A stretch of DNA of 63,085 nucleotides, filler included, from Craspedostauros australis (taxonomy: Eukaryota): the NCBI GenBank assembly GCA_030167865.1. It is 5 parts of 5 records of this genome, joined end to end, with 100 filler letters (N's around TTAATTAATTAA, not from the genome) between each part and the next. Parts side by side here need not be neighbours in the genome. Positions count along the whole stretch, not along the records: positions 22,927 to 38,206 come from JALAGF010003441.1; positions 38,307 to 53,973 come from JALAGF010003446.1; 3 more parts are not named here. The stretch is one strand, 5' to 3'. Under the pieces are notes generated by a model. It saw nothing but the letters and a program-made list of their open reading frames with translations. It did not search any database and had not been told where the DNA came from. Position numbers and translations under genes: made by a program. Position 1 is the first letter of the stretch; each line of letters begins with the position of its first letter. Below are positions 34,862 to 48,000 of this stretch, one piece after another.

Positions 34862-36959
34862 GTTGTTGTTGTTGTTGTTGTTGTTGTTGTCGGTGGAGAT
34901 AATGCGATGCTGCAGTGGGTCAACTTTGAGGGTGACGGTTCGAATCAATGAGCATGCACTGGAAAATGATCCCTCCCTCCCTCCCTCTCTATTGGTAGAG
35001 AGGAGCACACACCCGTAGAGTATTGGAGTGCGGAGCGAGTTCGAACCACGAGACGTTTCTCCGTTTCCCTCCACTCCTCCAATGACACCAGGGACTTTGA
35101 AAGAGAACTTGCTGCAATCATTGCGTGCAGTTGCATTCTTGTGCATCAGTTGGTGGTTCGTTTGCGCGCGTGCGTGCGTGCGTGCATGCTTCATCGTTGT
35201 ATCGCTCAAGCCCCGTCCAACACGCGAATTGGAACAAGGCAAAAGGTGAGCAGGAATGCAATACGAGCGCGGACGCGCCACGAAAGCGGGTCATCGAAAA
35301 GCACGATAGTCACAGAGCGGTGAATTAGAAAGTACGATCCACGAGTAAAGAACATCGAAGATGACCACGCAAAGCACCAGAATGTGGTCAAGTTAACCCG
35401 AAAAACAAATCGAGCTTTTCGCCAGAGATTTACGCCCATGGCGTCTAAGGATCATTGAAAGTGCCCCTGTGATATCATTTGTGGCGTATGACCAGGCGAA
35501 CACGTGGGGTTTCGAACACCGAAACCGCATTTTCTACGTTGCCGTTATGCGGAAACAAGCCTGCTTCACGACAACGAACACGAATCCAGGCAGAGCACTT
35601 TCTAATCCAAGCACGCAGCGAAACAAGCGAGATGTGAGCGAGCATGACCATACGAGAAGCGCAAGAGGCGGAACCGCTCCACTTTCCTCCACCTGGGGGT
35701 GCGCTGTGTTACCTCCTCGTGCACATGAGCAAAATACTCGCATGCCTTGGGCGAGGCATCTACGTGGAGTGCTCTACTCCATTACTGGGCACTCGTACGT
35801 ACAGACCAGCAACATTTCAAGATTCGTGTGGATGGTCGCTCGTTTTCCTGGTGGATCTCCGTTCCATTGTTTGTGGCGCCAGGACAATCGCACGCTTCGT
35901 GCCATGAGGAGTTGCTGCTTGTGGCCACGAACACGCCCCATCTTCTTCTGATTTGTCTCGGTTGGTCTGGTCAGGTCGTGAACTTATGCCGCTTACCAAC
36001 CACCTTGATTCGGATCCAGTGAAGTGTCGGTATGGTCGTGGAGATCTAAAGAGGAGCATCATTCGTGTTGTAATTGTTGTCCATTGTTTGCGTTTTGGCT
36101 GAATTGGGAGTCTCATCATGTGTTGGTGGTTTGTGTTTGTCAAAAGGAGTCTGGACTCGAGTAACATTCAATACTTGGGACACACTATATGCTGAATCGT
36201 GTGGTGGTCAGGCGTTATATTGTGTCTATATACTGTGCACAAACATACATCTGGTTGTCTAGCACATACGTCATCGAACTGACATACAGTTCTCAAACAT
36301 ACTGACAAAACGAATGCAATGAACGAACAGACATCGATCCACAAACATACACATATTGGTTGTGATCAATACGGACACCCTATTTCATCCCTGCGAACGC
36401 GTCTGGAAGGTAGAAGGAAAACAACTTTGGGCGAAGCCTCAAGAGCGCCTTGCGTTTTTCTGTACCTTGCGTTGGAACCTCACTAGTACCGTGCCGTTTA
36501 AGTATTTCTGTTGCTGCACAAGGAACACGCGGGGGAATCTAACTTGTCGTTGTATCACGGAATGAAACGCCGTTCGTTGGCAGAAACACCGAAGAGGCCC
36601 AAACTCCCCAACATGTCACTGTTCCATAAAAGTACCCGTAAAGGAGAGGGCACAACAATCAACGAAGGTAAGAGATACACGTTTTGAAATGCTGTTGGGC
36701 AAGAATTCAACGGCCTTCTCCGGTGTTGTTGTTCTTTGTAGCATGGGCGAGGAGCACAAGTCCAACCTCTCGTTCTTCTCACAACAGAGAACGCCTTGAA
36801 CAATTCCTGACGTCAACTTCCACCCGCTCCGCACACTTGACTTGATTGGAGAGTGGATAGCGCACGGTGCACAGCGAACAGCACGCTCCCTGACTCGTAC
36901 AGACACAAGCAATGAAGAGAGATCACTTGAGGTCACACACAACATTCGACTCTCTTGTC

Positions 36960-38206
36960 ATGGATTGGCGCAGCACCATCAATCGCACAGGAGGCAAAGC
37001 AAAGGATCGTTTGGATGAGGAGGATCCGTCAGCTGAGGCCTCGTATCTGGACATGCTCGGATCACAGCCAAATGCTATCGAAGTCCAGAGACGCAGCTGC
37101 TGTACTTCTCGTGGACAAGATAAGATTGACAATCACAACAACGCCAGCCCATCAGCCATGTTGCCACCTCCACAGCCGTCACAACATTCCGTGGAGGCGG
37201 ATCGTTTGATGAGAGAGCTGTCAAATATGGATATGGAGCCGACGCCGCTTGCCCCAGCTCACAAGCTCAACATCGTCAACAACGTGACCCTGCCTCGCTT
37301 TCAGCAGAACTTTTGGCATTCCAATCCGCACGCCAGGCTGGATCTGCGAGGCTTCGTGGACTTCGTTGGTCCTGCTCCATCTCACGATGCTCCTTCGTAT
37401 CCAACGCAACCACCTCAACGTCACCAATGCCATCACGCCGATACCGGCAACGCCGTGGAAACGAAGCTGCCTCCATCGTTATCGGCGGCCGCACCAAAAC
37501 TATTCGACCCTGCTGCATCGGCCAGCGTCCCTACGGAGATACCGTCACTGATGCGAGCGTCAGATGATAGTCAGGAGGAGGAAGAAGATAGGAAACCAGC
37601 CGCATCCACAGCACAACCACAGACACAGGCACTAGGGCAACCAAACGGCACGATCAAACCCAGCAGACGGACGGAGATGGAGCTGCAGTCACCCTCCCAG
37701 TCCAGATTCGGCATGGTGCAGCTCCGCAAGTGGGACAACAAGTACAAGGAGCTGCAGCAGTTCGCGCAGGTACACGGGCATGCCGTCGTTCCGCTGGAGT
37801 ACAAGATCAACCCCACCCTGGCCCATTGGGTCAAGAGGCAACGAGCACAGTACAAGAAGCTCGTGGCGGGGAAGGGGTCATCAATGACCAACGAGCGCGT
37901 CCTCTTGTTGGAGAGGATCGGGTTCGTGTGGGATTCGCACCGCGCCAGCTGGGACGGCAGATGGCACGAGCTCCAGGAGTTCCAGAGACTGCATGGGCAT
38001 TCGAACGTGCCGTGCAGCCACCCAGCCAATCAGGCACTGTCCATCTGGGTGAAATGCCAGCGTCGTCAGTTTCGGCTGTACCAGCAGGGACGCAGATCGA
38101 ACATGACGGAGGAGCGCGTGGGAAGACTGGAGTCGTTGGGCTTTGTCTTCTCTCCAAGACAGCTAGGCGGGGATGAAAATGCCGATACCAACGCCAATGA
38201 TGACGA
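36960..38206 (+). CDS. Helicase-associated (HA, PF03457-like) domain protein with two HA repeats and no helicase core; 3' end in linker
   Basis: WDNKYKEL..F...HGHAVVP......LAHWVKRQR...RVLLLERIGFVWD and WDGRWHEL..F...HGHSNVP......LSIWVKCQR...RVGRLESLGFVF. Start at 36912 or 36960. Confidence 0.9.
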
Positions 38207-38306
38207 NNNNNNNNNNNNNNNNNNNNNNNNNNNNNNNNNNNNNNNNNNNNTTAATTAATTAANNNNNNNNNNNNNNNNNNNNNNNNNNNNNNNNNNNNNN
38301 NNNNNN
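38207..38306. other. Artificial contig linker
   Basis: N44-TTAATTAATTAA-N44. Confidence 0.97.
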
Positions 38307-39502
38307 AACCAATCGTGTGATGATTGTCGAGATAAGTCACGAAGAAGGATACCGATGTCACAGAGAAGGAGGTCTACTGGCCGTCCACAAGTGACTCGTG
38401 ATCGAGAGCGGCATTTGGCTTCCTATGTGATGATTGTCAGTCCCTTATTGTGCGTGAATCACCATATATACATTGTGATTGATAACGATTACATGTCTGC
38501 TTTGTGTCTCTGACTTTATTCTTGTCTTGTTCAGTGTGTCCATACCAGTATCATCATTCCCAACAAGCGATCACTTGGGCGGAATGGGAAACAGATGTTT
38601 CTTCCTCACATCATTCGTGGCGGTTGTCTTCGTTGTTTGTGTTGTTTGCGTTGTTTGTCTTGTGTGAAGCTGTCCAAGTGCGTCTTCATTGTTGGTGTGT
38701 GCACTCGTACGCGCTGTGGATGGCTTTTGGGAGGCCGACGCATCACATTGATCCATCATGGCGGTAAACGCGTGACGAAGGATGTGTTCTTGATGGGGAC
38801 AATCCAAACCGGCGTTGGGAAGAAAGAAGAAAGACTGAAAGAGAGAGGAAGCGATGAAGCGCAGCGCGGAGAGAGCGACCGCGCGTCAACGCCAACACCA
38901 ACACCATCTCCAACTGATACAGCAGAACATAACCTGAGAGCTGATGGAGACGAGTGGATGCCTTGTCCTCTCCCTCTCCCTCTCTGCATTCTCCGTGTCT
39001 CTTCGCCACCACCAGCACCACCGCCTACTCGTGTTTTGTCGGGTGTCTCCACTTCGCATTCGTTTTCCGCCAGCCCATCTTTCTCCCATTCTGGTTGACG
39101 ACAAAGCAGTACAAGCGTCCATCACCTGGTATGCAGAGTGTGGTACTCGTAGCAGGTCAACAACGCAAACAACCGGTACGATCTGCGTGATCACAACCTT
39201 CAGGCTTCTGCCATTTTCTGACTCCATGCACTCTTCTGGCTGATTATTCCCACTTCACTTCACGGCACAAGAGACAACGCAACACAACACAACATAGACC
39301 ACAGACCATACAGGCAAGCATCTTGATGGCTGGGCTGCCTCAACAGATCATTCACCTCCACTCATAATCCAAATCGCCAACCACAACCATCTTCACCACC
39401 TTCATCTCCAAGGCACGCAAAGACAAACAAGCAACCAGCTTTCTCGTACGAGCTACCAGCAGCCGTGACCAGTGGCGACCAGTGAAGGAAGAACCTGAAC
39501 TC

Positions 39503-40792
39503 ATGAACAGAAACATGAACGTGATGACCGCTGCCTCCTACCCACCTCAGCTACATCTCATGCACTCGCATGCACACCAACATCAACAACATCAGCAGTA
39601 CCAGCAACAGCACCAGCAACAACACCAGCAGCAATACTCACAGACCATGCACCAAGGCAACGGAGGCGTCGCAGTCATGGGCAACAGTACTCGTGGTGCG
39701 CCTTCCTCCTTTGACAAGCTGACACTCCACAAAGATGTCGGAGCGGCCGCGTTGACCAGCAAGGCTGGCATCAACTTCACAGACAGCGACATCAACAGCA
39801 TCAAGGGAATGTGCAGTGGCCACATGACGTTACATGCCGCACCCGATGCTCAACTAGCGCCAACACCATGCAAGCCAAGCAAGCGCGTCCGCTTTGACTT
39901 GCCGCCAGCACCAATCCCATCATCAGACACACCAATGCATCCCAAATGCAACAATACCAACACCGATGTCAGCACTGCCAAGTCTTCCAGCTGGGTCAAC
40001 TATGACCGAGTCATCATGATGGAATACGAACGGGCGCGCATGTGGTGGTCCCCGAAGCAGGCGGTGCAGATCAAACGCCGTGCCAAACAGGTCGCTCGCA
40101 TGTACCGGCTGGAGGTCAACCAACAGGATGCGGTCACCGACGCCTTCACCAGCATGACGAACGATGACAGCATCAACAGCAGACGCATCCACACCATCGA
40201 TGAACACAATGCCAGCGATGTTATGGCCTGTGAGCCCACCGGAGTTGATGAAGCTCAACCAATGCCATCAGCCCAAGACCCGGTACCAAACACCACTGCA
40301 TGCGCTCAGTACGTTACGCAGTATCAACAAGCGCTGCAACATTTCAGCGCTCTTGCTGATCGACAGACGCCACCGGTCACATCACCAGGCGCGCCATCCA
40401 TCACCTCATCAATGGTCCCACCACCACCTTCGTCATCCCCATCGTGGTCGCCATCATGGTCACCTCCGCCATCGCCTGATCTGTATGCATCGCCGCGTGC
40501 CACTCACCAACCCAAGACCCCATCTCCGCTGACTTCTTCGGCATCCGCAGCTGCCAGAGGATTGGAGCGGCACATCTTTCCCGTGCTCGTCCAAGATAGA
40601 AGGAGGGTGGTGCGCAGCGTGTTGAAGGCGCAGTGCAGACTACCCTCCACTCTCACCCCGTCGCAACGGGCCAAACTCCTTGCCTGCACATCCAGGACAT
40701 TGACGAGACCAATGAGACGGATGGCCAGGTATGTTGGAATGTGCGATCAGGTCGAAGCCTGCACATCAATTCGTGAGGCAACCGAACCATAG
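39503..40792 (+). CDS. Hypothetical protein resembling a diatom-expanded family (KRVRF...WWS...RGLE...VL.AQ...LA..S......AR..G..D)
   Basis: Long ORF with polyQ/H N-terminus and motifs SKRVRF, MWWSP, ARGLER, VRSVLKAQ and RRMARYVGMCD. The family resemblance is from memory, not from a search. Confidence 0.75.
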   Translation: MNRNMNVMTAASYPPQLHLMHSHAHQHQQHQQYQQQHQQQHQQQYSQTMHQGNGGVAVMGNSTRGAPSSFDKLTLHKDVGAAALTSKAGINFTDSDINSIKGMCSGHMTLHAAPDAQLAPTPCKPSKRVRFDLPPAPIPSSDTPMHPKCNNTNTDVSTAKSSSWVNYDRVIMMEYERARMWWSPKQAVQIKRRAKQVARMYRLEVNQQDAVTDAFTSMTNDDSINSRRIHTIDEHNASDVMACEPTGVDEAQPMPSAQDPVPNTTACAQYVTQYQQALQHFSALADRQTPPVTSPGAPSITSSMVPPPPSSSPSWSPSWSPPPSPDLYASPRATHQPKTPSPLTSSASAAARGLERHIFPVLVQDRRRVVRSVLKAQCRLPSTLTPSQRAKLLACTSRTLTRPMRRMARYVGMCDQVEACTSIREATEP

Positions 40793-40866
40793 AGTAACCA
40801 ACACATGATACAAGTAGACTGTTATAGAATACTCAACTGTTGATGGGGCGATACAAGTGCCCACCC

Positions 40867-43800
40867 TCACTCCATTCTTGATCGTTTCGTCGGCTTGTCG
40901 CTGACAGTGCTGCGCCGCTGTCCATGCTGCTGCTCCTCGGCATGCTTCACCGTTGCTTCGCGGCTGCCAGCGTTGCTGCCGGCATCAACGCCAACGCCAA
41001 CCACAAGATCGCAGTCGTCGTCATCGTCACTTCGTCCTTCGCGGCTGGATCTTTCCAAGCGAGCGTAGCCAGCCGCTGCCATCTCGTCCTTTGTACCCGT
41101 TCCATCCTTCCCATGGTCATCAGCTCTGTCTTCGGCGGCGTTGCCACTGCTTCCGACGCCCGTTGACTGACATTGAGTGTGTGGTGTGCTCGCATCCGTT
41201 TCGCCACTGTCGCCATGGAGCTCTCTCACTGTCTGCCTGGTGCCTGGATACGAATCGCAGATGGCCTGCAACTCATCCAATCGAAGATGTAACGAAACTG
41301 GTTGTTCGCCATCATGCTTCCACTCTTCGTCTTCATCATCGTTTGCCACGAGTGTCTTCGATGCCGACTGAGACACGCTCATTCTGCTGATCGAGCTGTT
41401 GAGACGATCATCGACATTCTTCGCGCCATGCCCACCCAGCTCGAGCTTGCAGGACATGTATTCCGCAAAGCTTGAAAGGCACTCCACAAACCGCTCCCTC
41501 GGTAGATGAGGCTCGCTCAGCAGATCAACAACACGAAGCACTTTGCCATGTGTCATGGAGAATCCAGTCATCAGCATGGCACATCCCAAGGGCGGATCAT
41601 CGTGCGGAGCGATCGCCAGACACAGAAGTAACACGAACGTGGATGACGACCAAGGCTTGGACACAATCGTTGCATCTTTGTCGCTGGGTCCATCGCGGCT
41701 GTGGGTAGTGTCCAGTAGCAGATTCAGCATGGGTGTGGATGTGGATGCCAATGTGTCGGTGCCTTTCTCCGCATGCAGAGTCGTCTTTTTCGCTGCTGTT
41801 CCTGAAGCTGCATCTGCATCTGCGTTGGCACTGGTGGTCGTCTTTGCGCTGTTGCTTGCATCCTTTCTACCTGCGAGCTGCACTTGAATCCACCCGATGT
41901 CATCGACCGTGGCTTGCCGCAGTATCGTGCGCCCGACATCATTTTCAGTGATCTCGATCGGTCGTGACCTGCCTTCTTCGTCGTACTCGTTCAACAGCGC
42001 AAGGGCTGTGCCCACTTGACGCACGAGTTGCTTCTGACGACTCAGCACCCTGGCTTCCGACGTGTCGACGTTGGCAGTGCCAGTTCGCTTGTGCTGAGCC
42101 GTGCCGTTTGGTCGACAGGGAACATCGCTGTTCCGTGCGCATGCCACATCACTCTGCAACAATGGTGGATCTTGGAGAGGGTCATGAAGCGCGTACCCCA
42201 AATGAAGATGTTGCGCATCATTGTCCGCGTCGGTTCGAGAAGCATCACAGTGAGGCGAATGCGAGGAAGCAGACATCATCTTTTGGTGCGCTATCATTCT
42301 GCGCCTCACCTTTCGTTTTTGCGTCTTCCTGACTGCGAATTGTTCTGTGAGGAATGAAGTAGGAGACGGTAAATCGTGATAAGCAGCAGAGTGAGAAGAG
42401 GACAGAGATGGATCACCTCGTATGGGCACCTACACCATGGAACAGCACAGTACCATACACATGATTAATGCTCGATCTCGTCTTGGCAACGTCCAAACCC
42501 AGACAGACGATCAATACTCACCGCGCGCTGCTTCTGCTGCCCGTTTCACTTGTACCATCCCATTGCAATCAGGAAACAGCTTCGCCAACAGTTTCGCAGA
42601 CGCAATGTACCTTGCATCTCGTTTGCTCCCAGACGTTCCCACAGCCTCGAGAGTTTCCACTCGATCTTCGCTGTGGCTGCAGTCACAATCGCATTTGGCT
42701 TGATCCGTCACGGAGTCCGGCTTTTCGTCGTTTTGTGAGCAGGCGATGGCTTTTGCACTGTCACAAGTATCAACACTGCGTTCGGAATCTGCCCCAGCTC
42801 CAGCATCGATCTGCGTGGCATGATGATCGCATCGCCTTGGTGGATGATGCAAGACTAGATTTGCAACGCAAGTGAAGCTTACTTTGTGCAACACGACGAC
42901 TGGCTTTGTGGCAGATGATTGCATCGATGGCGATGACGATGACGATGGAGGTAGCGACACAGTCGATGTTACTGATGCAGTGCCGGACGTTGTTCTGGAT
43001 GTGCTGTATGAGAATGAAGGTGGAGTCCTGATTCTTTCGTCGATCTGAAACATGGCGTGGAGCAGCGTGCTGCAGGCCGACGCTCCTCTTGAAGCAAGAT
43101 AGGCGTCTTCGTCTTCCTCCTCGTCATCGTTGTCATTTATGTTGTGCTCATCGCTACCACAATCAACATGACGGTCCGTGTCAACGCCGCAACGTTGAAT
43201 TGAGGTGCCAGACACCTTGTCTCCGATGCTTTGTTTTGCGTCGTCTGCGACAGACAGTTGGTTGGACGATTCAATGATGGACTTGATCTGAGCATCGTCT
43301 CCATCTTGCGCGCGATGGGGCAAGGGGTTGGTCGTGCACACATCGCTGACGCCAAATGATTTCTGTCGTTTCTTGCAATGATCCTCATCCGCCGATGTGC
43401 CAATGTGCTTCAATCTACCGCGGAGAGCCTTTGCCGCGGCATTTCCTTTGTCAGCTTCTTCCAATTGGGGTCGCCCGATGGCCAATCGTTTGGCAAGGCT
43501 CGGTGCCAGCTCCTCCATTGGTTCCGTGGATCGGCTGAGCGGAGATCGCTTGCGTGCTAATTTCCCATCTTTGCTTGTTGGTATGGTCGCTGATGATGCC
43601 GTTGATGTTGTCGTAGTTGTTTGAATGGCAGTGGCAACACCGTCAATTGATGGCAATGCAATGACGACACCAGTTTCGCAGTCAAAGGCGATTCCAGGCT
43701 TGAGCGTCGTCAGCGCCCGTGCCGCAGCATCCTGACGAGCCGCTGCCTTGTTCCGGCCTCTTCCCTTGCCACACTCTCGTTCGTGGACGAAGACGGTGAA

Positions 43801-45099
43801 TTGGAAGTCGACATGCGACCCCCCTGCCGATACCAACCCTTTGACTCCTGATGCGAGTGATGCCACACCTGCGCTCCCACTTGCGCTTGCGTTTGCATTC
43901 AGGGTTGATTCTTCCCCTGCCTTCGCGCCATCTTGACTACCACTTGATGCCAGCTCCTCCAGTCTGAACGTTGGAGCGGTTTGTCGTTTCCCACACCATT
44001 CATGTAGCGCGGCCAGTGGCGTCTTTCCGATCAAGCTGTCGTCATTGGGAGGTGCACGCGCTTTCTTCTTCCTGGTGGATGCGTATCCCCACCTTCCGTT
44101 CCCATCATTCTCCGAGGATTGGCCAGACGATAGGTTGTATCGGAATGGTTTGCGTCGCCTTCGTCGGTTTCCACTGTCGTGGGCGCTGGCACCGTCCTTG
44201 TTACTGCTATTGGCCATGCCCGCATGCGCATTTGTGTTTTCATTGGAAGATGTGCACATAACGTCATCATCTCGAGCAGCAGGAGCAGAAGTAGACCCGG
44301 AAGCAGGGTCATGGTTCGCTGCAACGGTTGAGTGCTGGGGATGCACTTTCCGGCGACGCCTTCGCCCCTCTCTCCCATCCTTGGATTCCATGTCCATGCT
44401 CACACCGTCAACATCAGGGTCAGCATCGTTGCCATCTCTTGATCGAAGTTGATTCTGCTGATCCGCTCCCGACCTGTTCGCTGTGCCAGTGGCACTTCCC
44501 TCATTTGTGGGCCGACGATGGATGCTGCTGGAATCATGCGGCTTGAATGTTATCGCGTTCCGATGGTTAGTATGTGAGTAGGCAGCGGCCCGGTCTCGTT
44601 GGTGCCGTTTTCGTCTGTTGTGACGGTGAGTACCAGATTGCTGGCGATTACGAGGGCCGCTTGGGATGCGCTGAGCGTTGCTTTCGCCAGGTCCTTGTCC
44701 GAGTGGGCGTTGTTGTTGTTGCCGTTGCTGTTGTTGTTGCTGGTAGTGGTGATAATGGAGGTTCGTATCTTGACCGGCGTTGCTGCTGTTGGAGGGATGA
44801 GGAACAGCAACCTGCCCCTGGTGTGATGGAACAAAGGGAGAAAAAGAAGGAAATGGCTGATGGGGTGGTTGCTGATGGTGCGGATGTGAATGGAAATGAG
44901 GTTGGAATGGGTGAAATGGGGGTCCCTGGCTGAACGAAAAGTTCACCTGCGAAGTTGTGCCCATACCGAACCCCATTCCCAGCGAATGAGTAGCAACATG
45001 GGGGTGAACACCGAATGGATTGATTGGCGTTGCAGGCGACATCGGAACGGCCGGAGCATGAGCTTGCGCAAAGTGATGGGCATATGCATGGTTGTCACC

Positions 45100-45148
<49 letters not shown>

Positions 45149-46485
45149 GGATGATGAGGAAGATATACATCTCCCTGCATCATCGACGAATCCTGTGCCG
45201 TCGACCCATCGTCTTCCGCATCCTGCCCATCCTGCTCCATCCTTTCTGCCTCCTTATCTTCGCTGATGCCGCGTTCGGCGCCCTTGCTCTCCCCGTCATC
45301 ACGATGGCGTTCCACTCGTTCCGCTGATCTCAATCGCACCAGAAGCTCAACGTCCTTCAGCGGCGTGGATTTGCTCGTCAAATCCTCGAGCGTGTACTGC
45401 GCGTTGTCCCAAAGGTCGTAGTCTCCGCATGTGATGGATTCGATGCGGTCAGTGAAGTCTCTTGTATCTTCCGTGCCGTCATTCTGCGTTTCGCATCGTC
45501 TCTTTGGCTTGAGTTGATGGCCCAGCTCTACCATGGCTTCCTGCAATGACATGCGATCAGACAGCCGAACCTTCTTGAAGATCGTTTGTGTTTGCGCTGG
45601 TGTCTTTGCCCTTGTGCTGGCATCATCGTTGTCCCCGCAGGATCCATCATGGTCGATGTGTTGCGGCGAAGGCGTGATGACCTTGAAGTCATAAAAGGCG
45701 AAGTGATCGTATCCTGGCGCGGAAGTGGCATCTGGAGTTGGGTGTGTGCTCTGCAGTTGGAGGCCAGAGCCGCTGTGCGGCAATGAAAATGGATGTGCTT
45801 GCGTTGGATGATGATGGTGATTGGGATTCGGATTCTGCACAGTAAAAGCTCCGTGAGATAGAGGAGACGGAGTGACTGCTGCCGTTGCTACCGGAAAGGA
45901 TGGATGATGCTGGAAGGGTGACAGGGCATGGACGTTCCCAAAGACGGGAGAGAGCATCGTTGGGACAGGCGGAGCGGCGAACTGAGCGAATGCGTATGGT
46001 TGTCCAAATCCATTGACTGCGGCATGAGGCGAGAATGCGTGACCCGGCTGTTGTGGTGGATGTCGGTGCTGTTGGTAAGAGGGAGGATGCATGTTGATGT
46101 GCTGCATGTCAAGTGGTGACGGTGCCTCCATACGAAACGACTGGTCTGTCTCATCTCCGCCTTCTTCATCGCTGCTGTCATTGTCATTGTCTTTGCCATT
46201 GTCTTTGCCATTGTCATTGCCATTGTCATTGCCAATATTGCCGTGGTTGCTGTTGTTGGTCTCTGCGAGATTGCGATTGCGATTGTCATCCCCAACGTCA
46301 GAAGCATCGTCATTCAATCCATCTTGTTGTCGATTGTGGCTGTTGCTATTGCTTCTCTGTATTACTGTTGGTGCTCCCACTTGTGCTACCTGCTGCTGCT
46401 GCTGCTGCTGCTGCTGCGGTTGATGTTGGTGAGAACTGTCACCATCTGACACCACGAATTGATCGTTTCCCTCTGCTCTTTCCAT
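40867..46485 (-). CDS. Two-exon gene (46485-42522, 42344-40867; ~1813 aa): low-complexity N-terminus, two dsRNA-binding motifs, GNAT-like C-terminal region
   Basis: Donor G|GTGAGT at 42521; acceptor TCACAG| at 42345; the phase-1 join gives AAEAAR-E-QFAVRK. dsRBD1: KTPLAALHEWC...FTVFV...GKGRGRNKAAARQDAAARAL. dsRBD2: STLLHAM...PSFSY...FTCVA...AVGTSGSKRDARYIASAKLL. Confidence 0.8.
45101..45148. repeat. (TGC)16 trinucleotide repeat encoding polyQ on the minus strand
   Basis: Seen directly; lies inside the dsRBD gene. Confidence 0.95.
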
Positions 46486-47952
46486 CCTTCGTCTCCTTGC
46501 TTGTGTGCCTTCGTTTGCCTTTCTCTTTCTCTTGTATTACACAAGATGAAGGCCAGAAAGGATCATGTGTCGTAAGCTCCTCCCCACAAACCTTGTCGCA
46601 ATCTTGATGATCTCTTGTGTAGTGGGTTGGGTTCAGCTGAGTTGTGAGATCACGTGTTGTCCTGTCCAACCTCGCTGCTATGTTCTTGTGTTTGTGTCGT
46701 GTTCCTTCGTGAACGATGGGAGTTGTGGCAGTTCTATCTTTTGACTTCATTTCTATCTATATACCGTTGTATTGGTATCATGGACTTGGACGATGACCAT
46801 CTACCACGCCGAAGCAAGCAAGATGATGATGAAGGATGACCTCTGTCTACAACTTTGCGATGGAGGACGGCAATCAACCTGCTCTAATTCCTTTCATTGC
46901 GACTACCATTAGAGCGCACAATGAAGGCAGCGTGAGTTGAAACACCTCGCATCAACCACCAACTTGCGAATGCACCATTTCGCCTGTTTCATGTTTGTTG
47001 CTGATTTACACAGGTCGGCTGTCTTCTTTTCGGGCCGTTCTCGTCCCTTCGGTGCGTGGGTGGACCCCCTGGTGTTCGATCTCAGAACTGAGTGGCACCA
47101 ATAATAATCAGGAACTCGACAGCACAACACATCCATTCATCTCTTCCTCTTCCATCCAAACCGACAGTGATGCAGCGGATGACACTCAGCAGCACACTCT
47201 ATGAGAACCACGTGTGTCCCATTGCAGCTTCTTGTCGCACTTCACCGTTGAACATCCATCTCGTCTCGATGCTAACAACCGCCGCCAGCTATTGATAGAC
47301 ACTCTCGTCATCGATATCGACGATGCCTTTGCATGCTATGCACCCTCGTATGTGCATGGTTCAATTCGGTATGCAGAGAGAAGTAGAGAGGTACGAACGT
47401 AGGGTCAGTGCAACCCATCATCATGGTGGTATCACATACATACTCGTACGCAATCAGTCCATCAATGCCTTGCAAAATCTGTGCCATGGGTCATATCGCG
47501 TGACGTGTGCCACATGCTGCGTGGTCGTCGGCTAACGTGCACGCATGCGAATGCATCCAACGTGAAGCCATGCCACGCAGCCGCAACGATCAACACCATC
47601 GCTGAGTTCAATGTCCCGTGGTATAGCAACCGTCGTGATGTCGAAGAAGGATCGATCAGACAGTTATTAAGTCCACGGTCAGCCATGCTTCAATTTACAC
47701 AATGCAGCTGTATGTACATACGAGTATTGCAATGCGTCGCACCTGCTTTGATTCTCTGATTCGCAACACCCAGCAGCGATGACCATCCAAACGATGCCGA
47801 GATGAGGCTTGGGGAGGAGCTCACAAGATGTCTCGTAGAATACTTGGAAGTGGAGTGACGAAGTCAGAGAGGGCATGTAACGAGGGAGTGAGAAGTGTGA
47901 TGGGGACATGCTGACCGCCTCTGTATCTTTGTGCAAGCGTTGATGTGTTGGT

Positions 47953-48000
47953 GTGTGCAAGTGTGCAAGTGTTGATGTGTGCAAGTGTGCAAGTGTTGAT
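47953..48000. repeat. 24-bp tandem duplication GTGTGCAAGTGTGCAAGTGTTGAT x2
   Basis: Seen directly in the divergent intergenic region. Confidence 0.8.

Noticed and set aside
42345..42521. Separate gene starting at 42429, or an acceptor at 42430
   Set aside because: That acceptor is out of phase with the donor and gives an early stop. The 42345 acceptor gives an in-frame join.
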